From contig CATQHZ020000001.1 in the NCBI GenBank assembly GCA_958296135.2, forward strand, positions 2,496,001-2,560,000: DNA of 64,000 bases. Direction: 5' to 3'. Each line of letters opens with the position of its first letter. Position 1 is the first letter of the stretch. Below the pieces are notes generated by a model that was given only the letters and a program-made list of their open reading frames with translations, made no database searches and was not told the DNA's origin. This stretch comes from an uncultured Poribacteria bacterium (GTDB taxonomy: Bacteria; Poribacteria; WGA-4E; WGA-3G). A program made the position numbers and the translations under genes. Below are positions 28,590 through 39,367 of the stretch, one piece after another.

Positions 28590-29186
28590 TCAATCCTGTG
28601 TGGAATCTGGCTTATCGTCCGCATCCTGTTCGGTTTCAGCATCTGAATCAGGAGAATCGTAGACGATTTCCCGCGTGTCATACAGGACTTTTTCCAAGAA
28701 ATCGGACTCCATCAGTTTCCCGAATAGGGTGCCCAGTTTCTGGAAATCGATGGTCCCGTAGATATTCGCGAAACCTACGTCGTCCTCATCGGTGAAAGCA
28801 ATGAAGATACCGTTCACTACCCCGGGTTCATCCGCGAAGAGCATGCTGACGTGAAGCATATCCCGGATTTTGACGAGGCTTTGCCATTTCTCCGCCTTGA
28901 GGCGGTTTTGGTGGTGGCTTCTCACCGCGTCCAGGTTCTCCGCTTTATCGTAAACGCGGATGAAGACTCCCTCTATCATCTCGGCGTATGCCGCGTAGTC
29001 GGGCAGATTTACCGCGAAATTGACAAAGAGCGCGAAGAATGTCTTATCCAAGTTGATTTCATCTCGGGCGGCGGGGGCATGCAGCAGGTCCAACTCGATT
29101 TTGCCGCGCGTCGCCGCTGTCTCTGCACCACCGCTCGCGACGATGCAGAAAACGAATAACAGTGCCGTAAGGCTCAAGCGTTTCAT
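28590..29186 (-). CDS. Secreted DUF4252-like protein
   Basis: Signal peptide; EINL, GVFIRVY, FANIYGTID; paralog of the neighbour. Confidence 0.7.
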   Translation of the reverse strand: MKRLSLTALLFVFCIVASGGAETAATRGKIELDLLHAPAARDEINLDKTFFALFVNFAVNLPDYAAYAEMIEGVFIRVYDKAENLDAVRSHHQNRLKAEKWQSLVKIRDMLHVSMLFADEPGVVNGIFIAFTDEDDVGFANIYGTIDFQKLGTLFGKLMESDFLEKVLYDTREIVYDSPDSDAETEQDADDKPDSTQD

Positions 29187-29833
29187 GGTGTGTCTCCTTC
29201 GGGATGCACCGTTGCCGGAACAGTCCCAGTTAACTTGTCAAGTATCCCGATACTCTGTTGAATGGCGGATGAGACATGCGCCATTCGTTTTAGGGCACCG
29301 CGCGATGCAGCGTCCAGTTGAACAGCAGAAACCAGACTCGCGTTGACAACAATGCCGGTCCGCTCTACCGCGTAGTGCACCGTGCTGAACGCGTAATTGA
29401 AGTCGCGGGAGGCTTGCGCCATCTGCGCCTGACGCTGTTGATGCTGATAGGCACCAAACAGGAGTGCCCCAACTAAGCATGTCACCGCGCCAACGCGAAC
29501 TAACGGACGCCCGTAGGTAGTCCCTAAGCCGCCGAAGATGGCTCTAAACCGATAGAACCATCCCCCGCTGTCTGGATGCGCGCGGACATACGCCGCAACC
29601 GTGCTGAAAATCTCCGGTGGCGGCTCAGGCTTCGGCAGCGCGTCCAACACCTCATCAAGTGTGTGCGCGATGCGAACCTCCTCCTGACAAGTCGGGCAGG
29701 CCGCGAGATGCGCGGCTACCAGTGCATCGGTGCTCGCATCCAATTCATCGGCGAGATACGCCGCTAAAATGTCCTGAACCGCCGCGCAGGAGAGGGAATA
29801 AGGGCGATTTCGGTTCATTCGTTCATTCTCCAA
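29183..29833 (-). CDS. Zinc-finger (zf-HC2) anti-sigma factor with TM segment
   Basis: C...AYLADEL...HLAACPTC; follows the ECF sigma. Confidence 0.85.
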   Translation of the reverse strand: MENERMNRNRPYSLSCAAVQDILAAYLADELDASTDALVAAHLAACPTCQEEVRIAHTLDEVLDALPKPEPPPEIFSTVAAYVRAHPDSGGWFYRFRAIFGGLGTTYGRPLVRVGAVTCLVGALLFGAYQHQQRQAQMAQASRDFNYAFSTVHYAVERTGIVVNASLVSAVQLDAASRGALKRMAHVSSAIQQSIGILDKLTGTVPATVHPEGDTP

Positions 29834-30348
29834 TAAGGACTTAACAATTCCCGTAATTTTTTGCGGGCGCGAAACACCGTCGATTTCACGGTTCCCTCGG
29901 GCCGCCGTAATACCGCCGCGATGTCCTTAAAACTCATACCTTCCAATTCGCGCATGATTACCATCCGTTGCATCTCCGGCGGCAGTTGTTGGATAGCCTG
30001 CCGCACTACCTGCTTGAGCTCCTGTTTGAGGAGCAGCTCTTCCGGCGACGGCGACACCTCAGCCGAATGCGTGTGCATCAGCGTCTCCAATTCCTCGTCA
30101 TTTCCTTCTGTCAAAGGCACCTGAAATTTGCGCCGCTTTAGCAAATTGTAACAGAGATTCTGGGCGCATTTGAGCAGCCACGAGTGAACGGTTTCCTCCC
30201 GCAATGTCGCGCGATGTTCCCACGCTCTGATGAAGGTGTCCTGCGTTATATCCTTAGCATCTTCCGGATTGCCAACCAGGTAGAGAGCATGCCGATAGAC
30301 CTGAGCTTGATGCTTCCGGACTAACCCTAGGAATTGTTCTTCTGTCAT
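29815..30348 (-). CDS. ECF sigma factor
   Basis: DAKDITQDTFIRAW, SWL...N, EGMSFKDIA...GTVKS..FRARKKL. Confidence 0.93.
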   Translation of the reverse strand: MTEEQFLGLVRKHQAQVYRHALYLVGNPEDAKDITQDTFIRAWEHRATLREETVHSWLLKCAQNLCYNLLKRRKFQVPLTEGNDEELETLMHTHSAEVSPSPEELLLKQELKQVVRQAIQQLPPEMQRMVIMRELEGMSFKDIAAVLRRPEGTVKSTVFRARKKLRELLSPYWRMNE

Positions 30349-30457
30349 GTTGCAACTCCGCGCGTTTTGTGGTTACTGAGACTACAAACGAGTTGCAAAA
30401 AAGTTGCACTCTTTTTTAGAATATTGGAAAAAAAGAGGAAAATAGTGACAAGGTGGC

Positions 30458-30491
30458 AAAAATAAGCGGAACTGAAGTGCTTCAGTTCCGC
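30458..30491 (-). terminator. Intrinsic terminator
   Basis: gcggaactgaag/cttcagttccgc stem then TTATTTTT on the minus strand. Confidence 0.7.
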
Positions 30492-30564
30492 GACGATGCC
30501 GTTTTCGTCAGGTAATCGCCGCCTGATGAAAACGACACCGAGGCGAGGACAAGAAAAATTGCGG

Positions 30565-30882
30565 ACGCGGCCGCGCTCATTGCGAAGCGCGGCCGTTTTT
30601 TGCCTCAGCTTCTTCGGCGCGCTGTTCTGCCTGCTCGGCGCGCTGTTTATATTGTTCGGCGCGCTGCTGTTCTTGTTCGGCGCGCTGTTCTGCCAGGTTG
30701 GCGCGCTGCCGCTCCGCTTTCAAGACCTGTTCAACTTCTTCAGCGCGCTTCTCAGCCGCTTCGGCGCGCCGCTCCAGCTGGTCTGCCCGTTTCTTAGCTT
30801 GTAAATAATACATGACACGCTCCAATATCTTGCTACCGCCAATAATCGCAATTGTTAATATGAAAGCGAAATTAGAGAGATG
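30565..30882 (-). pseudogene. Tandem duplicate of the 3' half of the upstream coiled-coil gene
   Basis: Matches 30916-31170, with three extra heptad units. Confidence 0.75.
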
Positions 30883-30927
30883 TGCCCAAATAACTTCGGA
30901 CGAGTCAGACTGCGAACGCGGCCGCGC

Positions 30928-31419
30928 TCATTGCGAAGCGCGGCCGTTTTTTGCCTCAGCTTCTTCAGCGCGCTGTTTATATTCCTCGGCGCGCTGTTCT
31001 GCCTGCTCGGCGCGCTGTTCAGCTTCTTCGGCGCGTTTTTCAGCCGCTTCGGCGCGCCGCTCCAGCTGGTCTGCCCGTTTCTTAGCTTGTAAATAATACA
31101 TGACACGCTCCAATATCTTGCTACCGCCAATAATCGCAATTGTTAATATGAAAGCGAAATTAGAGAGATGCGACCAGATGACTCCCATCGTTTTCCGCAG
31201 CGGGACACCTGTTTTTCTCCCATCGAGAATCTCGCCAACGCCAACCCATAAGGCATACGCCCCCAAGATAATGAGGAAGAGGTAAATCGCTGGATTTAAC
31301 CACCTTCTCGGGATGCCCCCCGGAAAAGCAGCATATCCCTCTTCTTCCCCCGGGTCTTGGACAGGATGTTCCTCTCCATTATCATGTTCTGTTTCCTGCA
31401 TCAATTGATACCAAATCAT
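30928..31419 (-). CDS. Hypothetical 2-TM protein with C-terminal AEQRAE heptad coiled coil
   Basis: Two hydrophobic segments; 21-bp repeats; start codon uncertain. Confidence 0.6.
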   Translation of the reverse strand: MIWYQLMQETEHDNGEEHPVQDPGEEEGYAAFPGGIPRRWLNPAIYLFLIILGAYALWVGVGEILDGRKTGVPLRKTMGVIWSHLSNFAFILTIAIIGGSKILERVMYYLQAKKRADQLERRAEAAEKRAEEAEQRAEQAEQRAEEYKQRAEEAEAKNGRASQ

Positions 31420-31586
31420 TGTGCGCGGTTGCAAACCGTGCCTACAAAAACTGTTATGTTTTCGTGCTGTCCTTTCAACGGTGCTCTGATATGATACCCG
31501 ATTTGAGCGGCAAATTCAAAGGTTTCAGAGAAGAGAACCGGTAGGCGCGCTTTGCAAGCGCGCCAAGGAAAATACAGCTGCCTTCT

Positions 31587-33038
31587 TTACAGCCCCGAAT
31601 TCTGCGCAGCATCAAACACAAGCGATGGCAGAATCCCAATCAACAACACGCCAATTGCGGCGAGGACGAGCCCCACCACCAGCGTCCGCGGATACGGAGA
31701 GACATCTACCTCTCCTGCCGGCTCACGCATATACATTGTGACGACAACTCGCAGGTAGTAAAACGCTGAAATCGCCGTGTTGACAGCACCGATGGCGACG
31801 AGCCAGATATGTCCTGCCTGCACCGCCGATTTGAAGACGTAGAATTTCCCGACAAACCCCGCTGTCGGCGGAAAGCCTGCTAGCGATAACAGCATCACGG
31901 TGAGAAAGAGTGCCAGTAGCGGCTTCCGGAACCCAAGCCCAGCGTAATCCGAAAGCGTCAAACGTTCGCCCGCCGATGTTTTCGCCAGAATAACCGCGGC
32001 GAACGCGCCGATGTTCATGATGCAATAAACAAGCAAATAGAGCATCGCACTTGAGATACCCTCTCGATTGGCCGCCGCCACGCCTATCAGCACATAACCG
32101 GCGTGCGCGACACTTGAATACGCGAGCATCCGCTTGATGTTTGTCTGTGCAATGGCGAGGACATTCCCAACCGTCATCGTCAGCATCGCCAAAAGGATGA
32201 CAACGCCGCCCCATTCGGGTTGCAGATGCTGTAATGCCTCCGTGAAGATTCTCAGAAAGGCGGCAAAGCCTGCGGCTTTCGGTCCCGCGGAAATGAACGC
32301 CGCAATCGTCGTGGGCGCGCCATCGTAAACATCGGGTGCCCACTGATGGAATGGCACAATCGCCACCTTAAACCCGAACCCAACGATGAGCAGGAACATC
32401 CCAGCAAGCAGCAGCGGCGATGGGCTCCCCGACGCGACAACTGTCGCAATAGCCGGAATGCTCGTCGTGCCGGTGCCGCCGTAGAGAAGCGCGATACCGT
32501 AGAGGAAGAACGCGCTCGCGAACGCGCCAAGCAACAAGTATTTCATCCCTGCCTCACTAGAGACAGCATGTTCGCGGAAATAGCCCGCCAACACATACAG
32601 CGACAGCGACATCAATTCCAAGCCGAGGAACACGACAATCAGTTCATTGCCCGCCGCCATCAGCATCATGCCGAGCGTCGCCAGCAAAATGAGCAGATAA
32701 TACGGCCCCTGTCTCCTCTCTCGCCGCCGGTCCGCGCTGTCACCTCGCAAATAATTAATAGAAATCAGCGAGACCAGCATCGTTGAAACGAGGAAGATGA
32801 TGTTGAAGAAAACGGAGAAACCATCTACGGCAAACATTCCCCCAAAGGTAATGCCATAAGTGCTGTCAAGGCGCATCGTGACAGATACCCACAGTGCAAT
32901 CCCGGCTCCGACAATTGTCAGCCACCCTAGCACGGTTTTTGAGAGCGAATCTATCATGTCAAAGACAAGTACGAGGAGCAACGTCAACCCGATAACCAGC
33001 TCGGGCATCAGCAATTGCCAGTTAATATCTATTGGCAT
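31587..33038 (-). CDS. nuoN: NADH-quinone oxidoreductase subunit N
   Basis: LGLELMSL, EAGMKY, FKVAIVPFHQWAPDVYDGAPT, KRMLAYSS, GFVGKF. Confidence 0.95.
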   Translation of the reverse strand: MPIDINWQLLMPELVIGLTLLLVLVFDMIDSLSKTVLGWLTIVGAGIALWVSVTMRLDSTYGITFGGMFAVDGFSVFFNIIFLVSTMLVSLISINYLRGDSADRRRERRQGPYYLLILLATLGMMLMAAGNELIVVFLGLELMSLSLYVLAGYFREHAVSSEAGMKYLLLGAFASAFFLYGIALLYGGTGTTSIPAIATVVASGSPSPLLLAGMFLLIVGFGFKVAIVPFHQWAPDVYDGAPTTIAAFISAGPKAAGFAAFLRIFTEALQHLQPEWGGVVILLAMLTMTVGNVLAIAQTNIKRMLAYSSVAHAGYVLIGVAAANREGISSAMLYLLVYCIMNIGAFAAVILAKTSAGERLTLSDYAGLGFRKPLLALFLTVMLLSLAGFPPTAGFVGKFYVFKSAVQAGHIWLVAIGAVNTAISAFYYLRVVVTMYMREPAGEVDVSPYPRTLVVGLVLAAIGVLLIGILPSLVFDAAQNSGL

Positions 33039-33075
33039 TTTTCTATCCTTTCTATTTTTCGTAGAACTGAGCGTG

Positions 33076-34590
33076 CTAGCGCAGAAAAACGAACGTGACA
33101 ATGACAAACAGCGGCATCAAAATCCCGACAGACCAGAGCATAAAGCCGAAGAAACTTGGCATTGGGATATGGCTATCCTCCGCAATCGCCTTCACCATGA
33201 AATTCGGTGCGTTCCCGATGTAGGTATTCGCCCCCATGAAAACAGCACCGACAGAGATGGCAGTGAGCAGTTTCACAAACTCCAGATGCTGCGGCTCCGC
33301 CAACTGTCCGGTGAGAATTTGCGGCACCAAGTCTTCGGTGAGATGCAGTTTGCCGAGAGCAGTGTTAAAGAACGTCAAATACGTCGGCGCATTGTCCAAG
33401 AAACTGGACAGCACCCCGGTTACCCAGAAATAGTGCCACGATTCTTGCATCATTCGGTTTAACCCGCCCAACGCGCCGTTTTCGCCAGCCTTCAAAATCG
33501 CCAAGGCGGGGATGATTGTCATAAAGATACCGGCGAATACCTTCGCCACCTCTTCAATCGGTGCCCATGAAAACTCATTTGCCTGCCGCAATTCACCGCT
33601 GAAGGGAGTAAATTTGAGCGACAATAAGCCCATCGCCACAATAAGCACGTCTCGAAGGATGTTCTGCCATGCAACATGCACGCCGAGAACGTTGACTTCG
33701 CCTAACTTCACCGTCCCACTCATTAGGACAGCGACGACGATACCGAAGAGGAAGATGAGGTTAAAAAGTCCCTCCACCCGAATCGGTTCACGGGTGCCAT
33801 CATCCGGCACTTCGCCGCCTTCGCGTTTGAACATAATGGTGTCTAGCGCGAAGAAAAGCGCGATTAAGAGAACGCTGATGAACAGCATGTGTGGGAAGAG
33901 CACCGTGGTCGTCCAGAAGAACGGAACACCGTGCAGGAATCCCAAAAACAGCGGCGGATCGCCGAGGGGCGTTAGGGCGCCACCGATGTTGCTCACCAAA
34001 AAGATGAAGAAGACAATCAGGTGCACCTTGCTTTTTCGATACGCATTCGCGCGAATCAACGGCCGGATGAGCAACATGGACGCACCCGTTGTGCCTACCC
34101 ACGAGGCAATAGCAGTGCCGATGAAGAGCAGCAACGTGTTCACTAACGGGGTGCCGCGCAAGGTGCCGCGCACCAGCACGCCGCCCGCCACCGTAAACAG
34201 CCCCCACAACAGCACAATAAACGGGATGTAGTCTATCAGATAGATGTGCAGAATGTCGTAGAACGCGCCACCGCGAAAAGCGATGAGATAGGGAATAGCG
34301 AAGACTAACGCCCAGGCAGCAGCCATCTTCCCACCGTGATGGTGAAGAAAATGCGAATCCCACACCACCGGGATAATCGCGATAGAGAGCAGAATACCGA
34401 CGAACGGGGCGATGCTCCAAATAGGCAGTTTTTCCCCGGACACGCCGCCGTGGTGGTGTTCATCGTGCGCGCCAGGCTCGTCGTGCGTGTCATCCGCCGC
34501 AAAGGCAAGCCCCATGGAGCCCACAAGCACTAAAATGATACAAAATGGTAGGAGCGCGCCGCCTAAAAATCTACATTTCTTTACAGACAT
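33076..34590 (-). CDS. Putative sodium:proton antiporter (ion transporter superfamily)
   Basis: GTTGASMLLIRP, SNIGGALTPLGDPPLFLGFL, SSFLDNAPTY, FMGANTYIGNAPNFMVK. Confidence 0.85.
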   Translation of the reverse strand: MSVKKCRFLGGALLPFCIILVLVGSMGLAFAADDTHDEPGAHDEHHHGGVSGEKLPIWSIAPFVGILLSIAIIPVVWDSHFLHHHGGKMAAAWALVFAIPYLIAFRGGAFYDILHIYLIDYIPFIVLLWGLFTVAGGVLVRGTLRGTPLVNTLLLFIGTAIASWVGTTGASMLLIRPLIRANAYRKSKVHLIVFFIFLVSNIGGALTPLGDPPLFLGFLHGVPFFWTTTVLFPHMLFISVLLIALFFALDTIMFKREGGEVPDDGTREPIRVEGLFNLIFLFGIVVAVLMSGTVKLGEVNVLGVHVAWQNILRDVLIVAMGLLSLKFTPFSGELRQANEFSWAPIEEVAKVFAGIFMTIIPALAILKAGENGALGGLNRMMQESWHYFWVTGVLSSFLDNAPTYLTFFNTALGKLHLTEDLVPQILTGQLAEPQHLEFVKLLTAISVGAVFMGANTYIGNAPNFMVKAIAEDSHIPMPSFFGFMLWSVGILMPLFVIVTFVFLR

Positions 34591-34632
34591 TAAGCCTCTA
34601 CGAGGCTTAATTGGAAGGGAATCCTTTTTCAC

Positions 34633-36183
34633 TTACTTCGTCTCTGCCTCCTTGTTGATATCTACCCGGGCATACCGGGGAACTTCCTTTATTTTGGTGT
34701 GTCCCATCGCGGGAGCAGTTTCCTGCTGAACCTTCGTCACAACAACGTTCACTGATTTTTCCATCCGACTCAAGAACGGCTTCGGATAAACGCCTATCCA
34801 GACGATGAACAGCAGCACCGGGAACAGCACTACCAACTCGCGTGTGTTCAGATCTGGCAGTGCAGCGTTAATTTTATTCGGTGTGCCGAACATCACGCGT
34901 TGGAACATCCACAGCATATACACTGCCGCCAGAATCACGCCGGTCGCGGCGAGCACAACGTAAACTTTGGAGAAAGCACCGCCGTGAAAGCTGCCGAGCA
35001 GAATCATAAATTCGCCGACGAAACCGTTCAAGCCCGGCAACCCGATGGATGACAAAGTGGTAATCATAAAAATCGTGGCGAAAATTGGCATCGACTTGGC
35101 CACCCCACCGAAATCGACAATCATGCGGCTGTGCCGACGCTCATAAATCATGCCGACGAGGAGGAAGAGCGCGCCGGTGCTCAGCCCATGATTTATCATC
35201 TGCAGCACGCCGCCTTGGATGCCAGCGTGGTGCCGCGTGAAAAGGCCCAACACGACAAACCCAAGGTGGCTCACACTCGAATATGCCACCAATTTCTTCA
35301 GATCTGGTTGCACCATCGCCACTAACGCGCCGTAAATGATGCCGATGACAGCGAGCGTCACTATCAGCGGCGTATACGTCGCCGCCGCATCAGGAAAGAG
35401 CGGCAAACAGAATCGGACGATGCCGTAGGTGCCCATTTTCAACAGCACACCGGCAAGGATAACACTGCCGACTGTCGGTGCCTCGACATGCGCGTCTGGC
35501 AGCCAGGTGTGGAACGGAAACAGCGGCACTTTAATCGCAAACGCAATGAAAAACGCGAGAAATAAGAGGTTCGCGTGCGTGAAGGTGCCGGCTTTCTCAT
35601 AGAGCGGCAGCAGCGCAAAACTATTGTCGTTCTGGAAGTAGAGGTAAAGGATGCCAACCAGCATCAGCGCGCTGCCTGCCATCGTATAGAGCACAAACTT
35701 GACAGTGGCGTAAATGCGCCGTTCACCACCCCAGATGCCGATGAGAAAATACATCGGAATCAGCATCGACTCCCAGAACACGAAGAACAGGAATAAATCC
35801 GTGGCGCAAAACACGCCGAGCATCCCCGTCTCGAGTGCCAGCAACGACATCATAAAGCCGCTGAGCCCCTTCTCCACCGAATTCCATGCGGCGAGGATGC
35901 ACACCGGTGTCAGGAACGTCGTCAGGAGCACCAGCCACAGCGAGATGCCGTCAATGCCGATGTCGTAGCGCGTGCCTAACCCCGAAATCCACGCATGGCT
36001 CTCCTGAAATTGCATCTCGGCGGTAGTCGCATCGAATCCCGTGTAAAGTCCCAACGAGATGAGGAACGTCAGCAATGCCACCGCCATCGCAATGCCTTTC
36101 ACGGCAGATGCTCCTATCCCTCTGAGCAGCGCAATCGCCACTACGCCGAGCAGTGGTAAAAAAATGACTATTGAAAGTAGCAA
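34633..36183 (-). CDS. nuoM: NADH-quinone oxidoreductase subunit M
   Basis: FFVFWE, KVPLFPFHTWLPDAHVEAPT, LKMGTYG, GFVGEF. Confidence 0.96.
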   Translation of the reverse strand: MLLSIVIFLPLLGVVAIALLRGIGASAVKGIAMAVALLTFLISLGLYTGFDATTAEMQFQESHAWISGLGTRYDIGIDGISLWLVLLTTFLTPVCILAAWNSVEKGLSGFMMSLLALETGMLGVFCATDLFLFFVFWESMLIPMYFLIGIWGGERRIYATVKFVLYTMAGSALMLVGILYLYFQNDNSFALLPLYEKAGTFTHANLLFLAFFIAFAIKVPLFPFHTWLPDAHVEAPTVGSVILAGVLLKMGTYGIVRFCLPLFPDAAATYTPLIVTLAVIGIIYGALVAMVQPDLKKLVAYSSVSHLGFVVLGLFTRHHAGIQGGVLQMINHGLSTGALFLLVGMIYERRHSRMIVDFGGVAKSMPIFATIFMITTLSSIGLPGLNGFVGEFMILLGSFHGGAFSKVYVVLAATGVILAAVYMLWMFQRVMFGTPNKINAALPDLNTRELVVLFPVLLFIVWIGVYPKPFLSRMEKSVNVVVTKVQQETAPAMGHTKIKEVPRYARVDINKEAETK

Positions 36184-36308
36184 TGAAACCTCCTTTTTTC
36201 GTCTTGGCGCGAAGCGTTCGGTTAGGTTTCTCTCGGCAGAGAGGCTGTCTCTGCATATCCGCTTGCGCCGGGTATCCCTTGGCTAAGTTTTTAGTTTATC
36301 CCTTATTT

Positions 36309-38225
36309 TTACGAAATAAACAGATAATAGGCAAGGAATATGACGATGCCCACAACCATTGACACGATATACGCTTGAACCACGCCAGTCTGAAGCCGCC
36401 GCAATGTTCCGCCAATGATGCGGATAGCCACAGCGACACCGTTGACAATCCCATCAATAATGCCGGTATCCACGACGCGCCACAGCAGATAGTGCGAGAC
36501 ATTCTTAATCGGCTGCACGAAGACAGCGTTATAGACTTCATCAATGTAATATTTGTTCGCCACCAACTTGTGGAGTGCTGTCCCAGGTTGCGCGGCGGGA
36601 GTCCGCTTGCTGTATCGCATCCACGCGAATCCGATGCCAACCAACCCGACAATCGCCGAGATAATCATAAACGGCACTGCGCTGCCAGCCGCTTCGCCGT
36701 GTGCCCCGTTCCCGATTTCCTTCGCCGCCTTAAAGACACTTTCTGTGAAATGGTGGAACGCGCTGCCGTGTCCCCCCCATCCGAGTAGCAGCCCAATTAT
36801 CGCCGATGGGATGGCGAGAATCACCAGCGGCACCCACATCACTGGCGGCGATTCATGCACATGCGAGGCTACGGCTGATGCCACACGAGATTGCCCGTAA
36901 AAAGTGACGAAGATGAGCCGGAACATATAGAACGCTGTCAAGAACGCCGTAATCAAGCCGATAACGTAAATCGCAGGATGGCTTCCCCACGCGCTGTGCA
37001 GAATCTCGTCTTTGCTCCAGAAACCGCTGAGGAACGGAAAGCCGGCAATGGCCAGCGCACCGATAAGGAACGTCCAATGCGTTATTGGCATTTTCGCCTT
37101 CAAGCCGCCCATCTTCCGCATATCCAACTCGTTCGCCATCGCGTGCATCACACTACCCGCCGCAAGGAACATGAGCCCTTTGAAGAATGCATGCGTCATC
37201 AGATGGAAGACACCGGAAGCATACGCACCGACACCGACACCGACGAACATATAGCCGAGTTGACTGACGGTGGAATAGGCGAGGATGCGCTTGATGTCGT
37301 TCTGTGTGAGCGCAATCGTTGCAGCAAAGAACGCCGTTAACACACCAACCCACGCAACAACTTGTCCCGTATGCGCAAGTTCATAAAGCACGGCGGAACG
37401 CGCAATCATATAGACACCCGCTGTCACCATCGTGGCGGCGTGAATTAAGGCACTAACAGGTGTCGGCCCCTCCATCGCATCGGGTAGCCAGACATAGAGC
37501 GGCATCTGTGCCGATTTTCCCACCGCGCCGACGAAGAGCAGCAACGTCGCGATGACGAGGGTGCTCCCGCCGAAAACCTTCTGGAAAGTATCTGCTTCCG
37601 CGGCACCAAAAATTGCAGTGAAATCCAAACTGCCAAACGCAGCAAACAAGGTAAACATGCCGAGCAAGAATCCGAAATCGCCGATGCGGTTGACAATGAA
37701 CGCCTTCTTCCCTGCATCTGTCGCCGATTGTCTCTCATACCAGAACCCGATGAGCAGATAGGAGCAGAGCCCAACACCTTCCCATCCTACGAACATCATC
37801 AAGTAGTTGTTGCCGAGCACCAGCACCAACATCGCGAACACGAACAGGTTGAGATACGCAAAATAGCGCGTATAGCCAGCATCGCCGTGCATGTAGCCGA
37901 TGGAATAGACGTGGATAAGGAACCCAACGCCGGTGATAACGAGAAGCATCACGGTGGTGAGCGCGTCAACGTGGAAACCGATGTTGAAAGTGAATCCTTC
38001 ACCCGCAATCCACTCGTAAAGCACGCCAGCATCGCCTTCCAGCACCGCGCCGCCTTGCACACCGGCAAACGCGACGATAGCACAGATGAACGAAACGAGC
38101 ACCGCCAGCGTGCCTATTCCCCCACTCAACTTCTCGTTACCTTTTAAGAATTTGCCAAACAGCCCATTAATCAGAAACCCGACGAGGGGCGAGATTAACA
38201 GGACAACAATGAGTTCTCGTGACAT
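36309..38225 (-). CDS. nuoL: NADH-quinone oxidoreductase subunit L
   Basis: GWEGVGLCSY, NRIGD, KSAQ..WLPDAMEGPTPVSALIH, THAFFK. Confidence 0.97.
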   Translation of the reverse strand: MSRELIVVLLISPLVGFLINGLFGKFLKGNEKLSGGIGTLAVLVSFICAIVAFAGVQGGAVLEGDAGVLYEWIAGEGFTFNIGFHVDALTTVMLLVITGVGFLIHVYSIGYMHGDAGYTRYFAYLNLFVFAMLVLVLGNNYLMMFVGWEGVGLCSYLLIGFWYERQSATDAGKKAFIVNRIGDFGFLLGMFTLFAAFGSLDFTAIFGAAEADTFQKVFGGSTLVIATLLLFVGAVGKSAQMPLYVWLPDAMEGPTPVSALIHAATMVTAGVYMIARSAVLYELAHTGQVVAWVGVLTAFFAATIALTQNDIKRILAYSTVSQLGYMFVGVGVGAYASGVFHLMTHAFFKGLMFLAAGSVMHAMANELDMRKMGGLKAKMPITHWTFLIGALAIAGFPFLSGFWSKDEILHSAWGSHPAIYVIGLITAFLTAFYMFRLIFVTFYGQSRVASAVASHVHESPPVMWVPLVILAIPSAIIGLLLGWGGHGSAFHHFTESVFKAAKEIGNGAHGEAAGSAVPFMIISAIVGLVGIGFAWMRYSKRTPAAQPGTALHKLVANKYYIDEVYNAVFVQPIKNVSHYLLWRVVDTGIIDGIVNGVAVAIRIIGGTLRRLQTGVVQAYIVSMVVGIVIFLAYYLFIS

Positions 38226-38323
38226 TTTTTATCAGAATCTCCAGGATTTCAGAATGTGACAGAATTTTCGGCTTTCGCTACGAATAACAGAACGGGGACG
38301 TTGTCCAGTCTTGTATCTCGGGA

Positions 38324-38833
38324 AACCGGAACTAAAAGATGCAAGAAAAGACAATGTCTTTTTCGCCTGGTTAAGACAACTTTCTCTGCACAAGAGAAGC
38401 TGTCCGAACACACTGCGAAATACGAAAATCATCCTTTGAGCGAGTTCACCTCGTCGACGTTAATCGTTTGGCGATGCTTAAAGACGCTGACAATAATCGC
38501 CAACCCAATCGCCACTTCGGCTGCCGCAACCGTCATCACAAAAAAGACGAATACCTGTCCCTCTGTCTGACCGAGGCTCCGGCTAATCGCCACGAAAGCG
38601 AGGTTGGCGGCGTTCAGCATCAGTTCAATACACATAAAAATGATAATCGCATTCCTGCGGACGAGGACACCGATGACACCGGTGGTAAACAGGAGCGCGC
38701 TTAAAATGAGATAGTATTCTAACTCTAACATTTTGTTGTTCCTTGCGGTGGTTCAACTGTTACTACTGTGCAGAAAAGGCTGACTTAGCCATCCGAAAAG
38801 ACATTGTCTTTTCTTGCAGTCTTTGGCCAGGTT
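38324..38833. repeat. ~50 bp inverted repeat pair flanking nuoK (38324-38375 / 38784-38833)
   Basis: 23-bp perfect core tgcaagaaaagacaatgtctttt / aaaagacattgtcttttcttgca; partial third copy near 15690. Confidence 0.75.
38429..38731 (-). CDS. nuoK: NADH-quinone oxidoreductase subunit K
   Basis: [26 protein letters not shown]. Confidence 0.96.
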   Translation of the reverse strand: MLELEYYLILSALLFTTGVIGVLVRRNAIIIFMCIELMLNAANLAFVAISRSLGQTEGQVFVFFVMTVAAAEVAIGLAIIVSVFKHRQTINVDEVNSLKG

Positions 38834-38842
38834 CTTCTCCGC

Positions 38843-39367
38843 CTAATTATCCGTTGGTTTCTCGCGCTTCACCAAGACGATAACCCCAATCAACGCCGCC
38901 AACAGTATCAGCGACGTAACCTCAAATGGCAAGAGATACTTGCTGAACAACAGTTCCCCAATACCATACGTCGTTACCGCTTCCGGAGCCGGTTGTGCCG
39001 ATGCGACCGCGGTACCGTTGCGTGCGTTCACGGCGATGTAAATGCCTTCCGCCGCAAAGAGGATGCCTAAGACGATGCCAATGCCTTTCAATTTCGCCCC
39101 AGTCGGAGCCCCCTCCCTGTCGCGCCTACCTAAATTCAGAAGCATAATGACGAAGAGGAACAGCACCATAATCGCGCCCGCATAGACAATCACTTGCGCC
39201 GCAGCCACAAAATGCGCGCCGAGCAACACGAAGAGCCCCGCCTGCGCGAAAAACGTCACAATCAGGGCCAATGCGCTGTAAATCGGATGCCGAAACGAAA
39301 TCACCGAAATCGCACCCACTAGCGCCAGCAACCCAAAGACGAAAAACAAAATCTGTTCTGGATTCAT
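38843..39367 (-). CDS. nuoJ: NADH-quinone oxidoreductase subunit J
   Basis: QVIVYAGAIMVLFLFVIMLL, YLLPFE. Confidence 0.95.
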   Translation of the reverse strand: MNPEQILFFVFGLLALVGAISVISFRHPIYSALALIVTFFAQAGLFVLLGAHFVAAAQVIVYAGAIMVLFLFVIMLLNLGRRDREGAPTGAKLKGIGIVLGILFAAEGIYIAVNARNGTAVASAQPAPEAVTTYGIGELLFSKYLLPFEVTSLILLAALIGVIVLVKREKPTDN

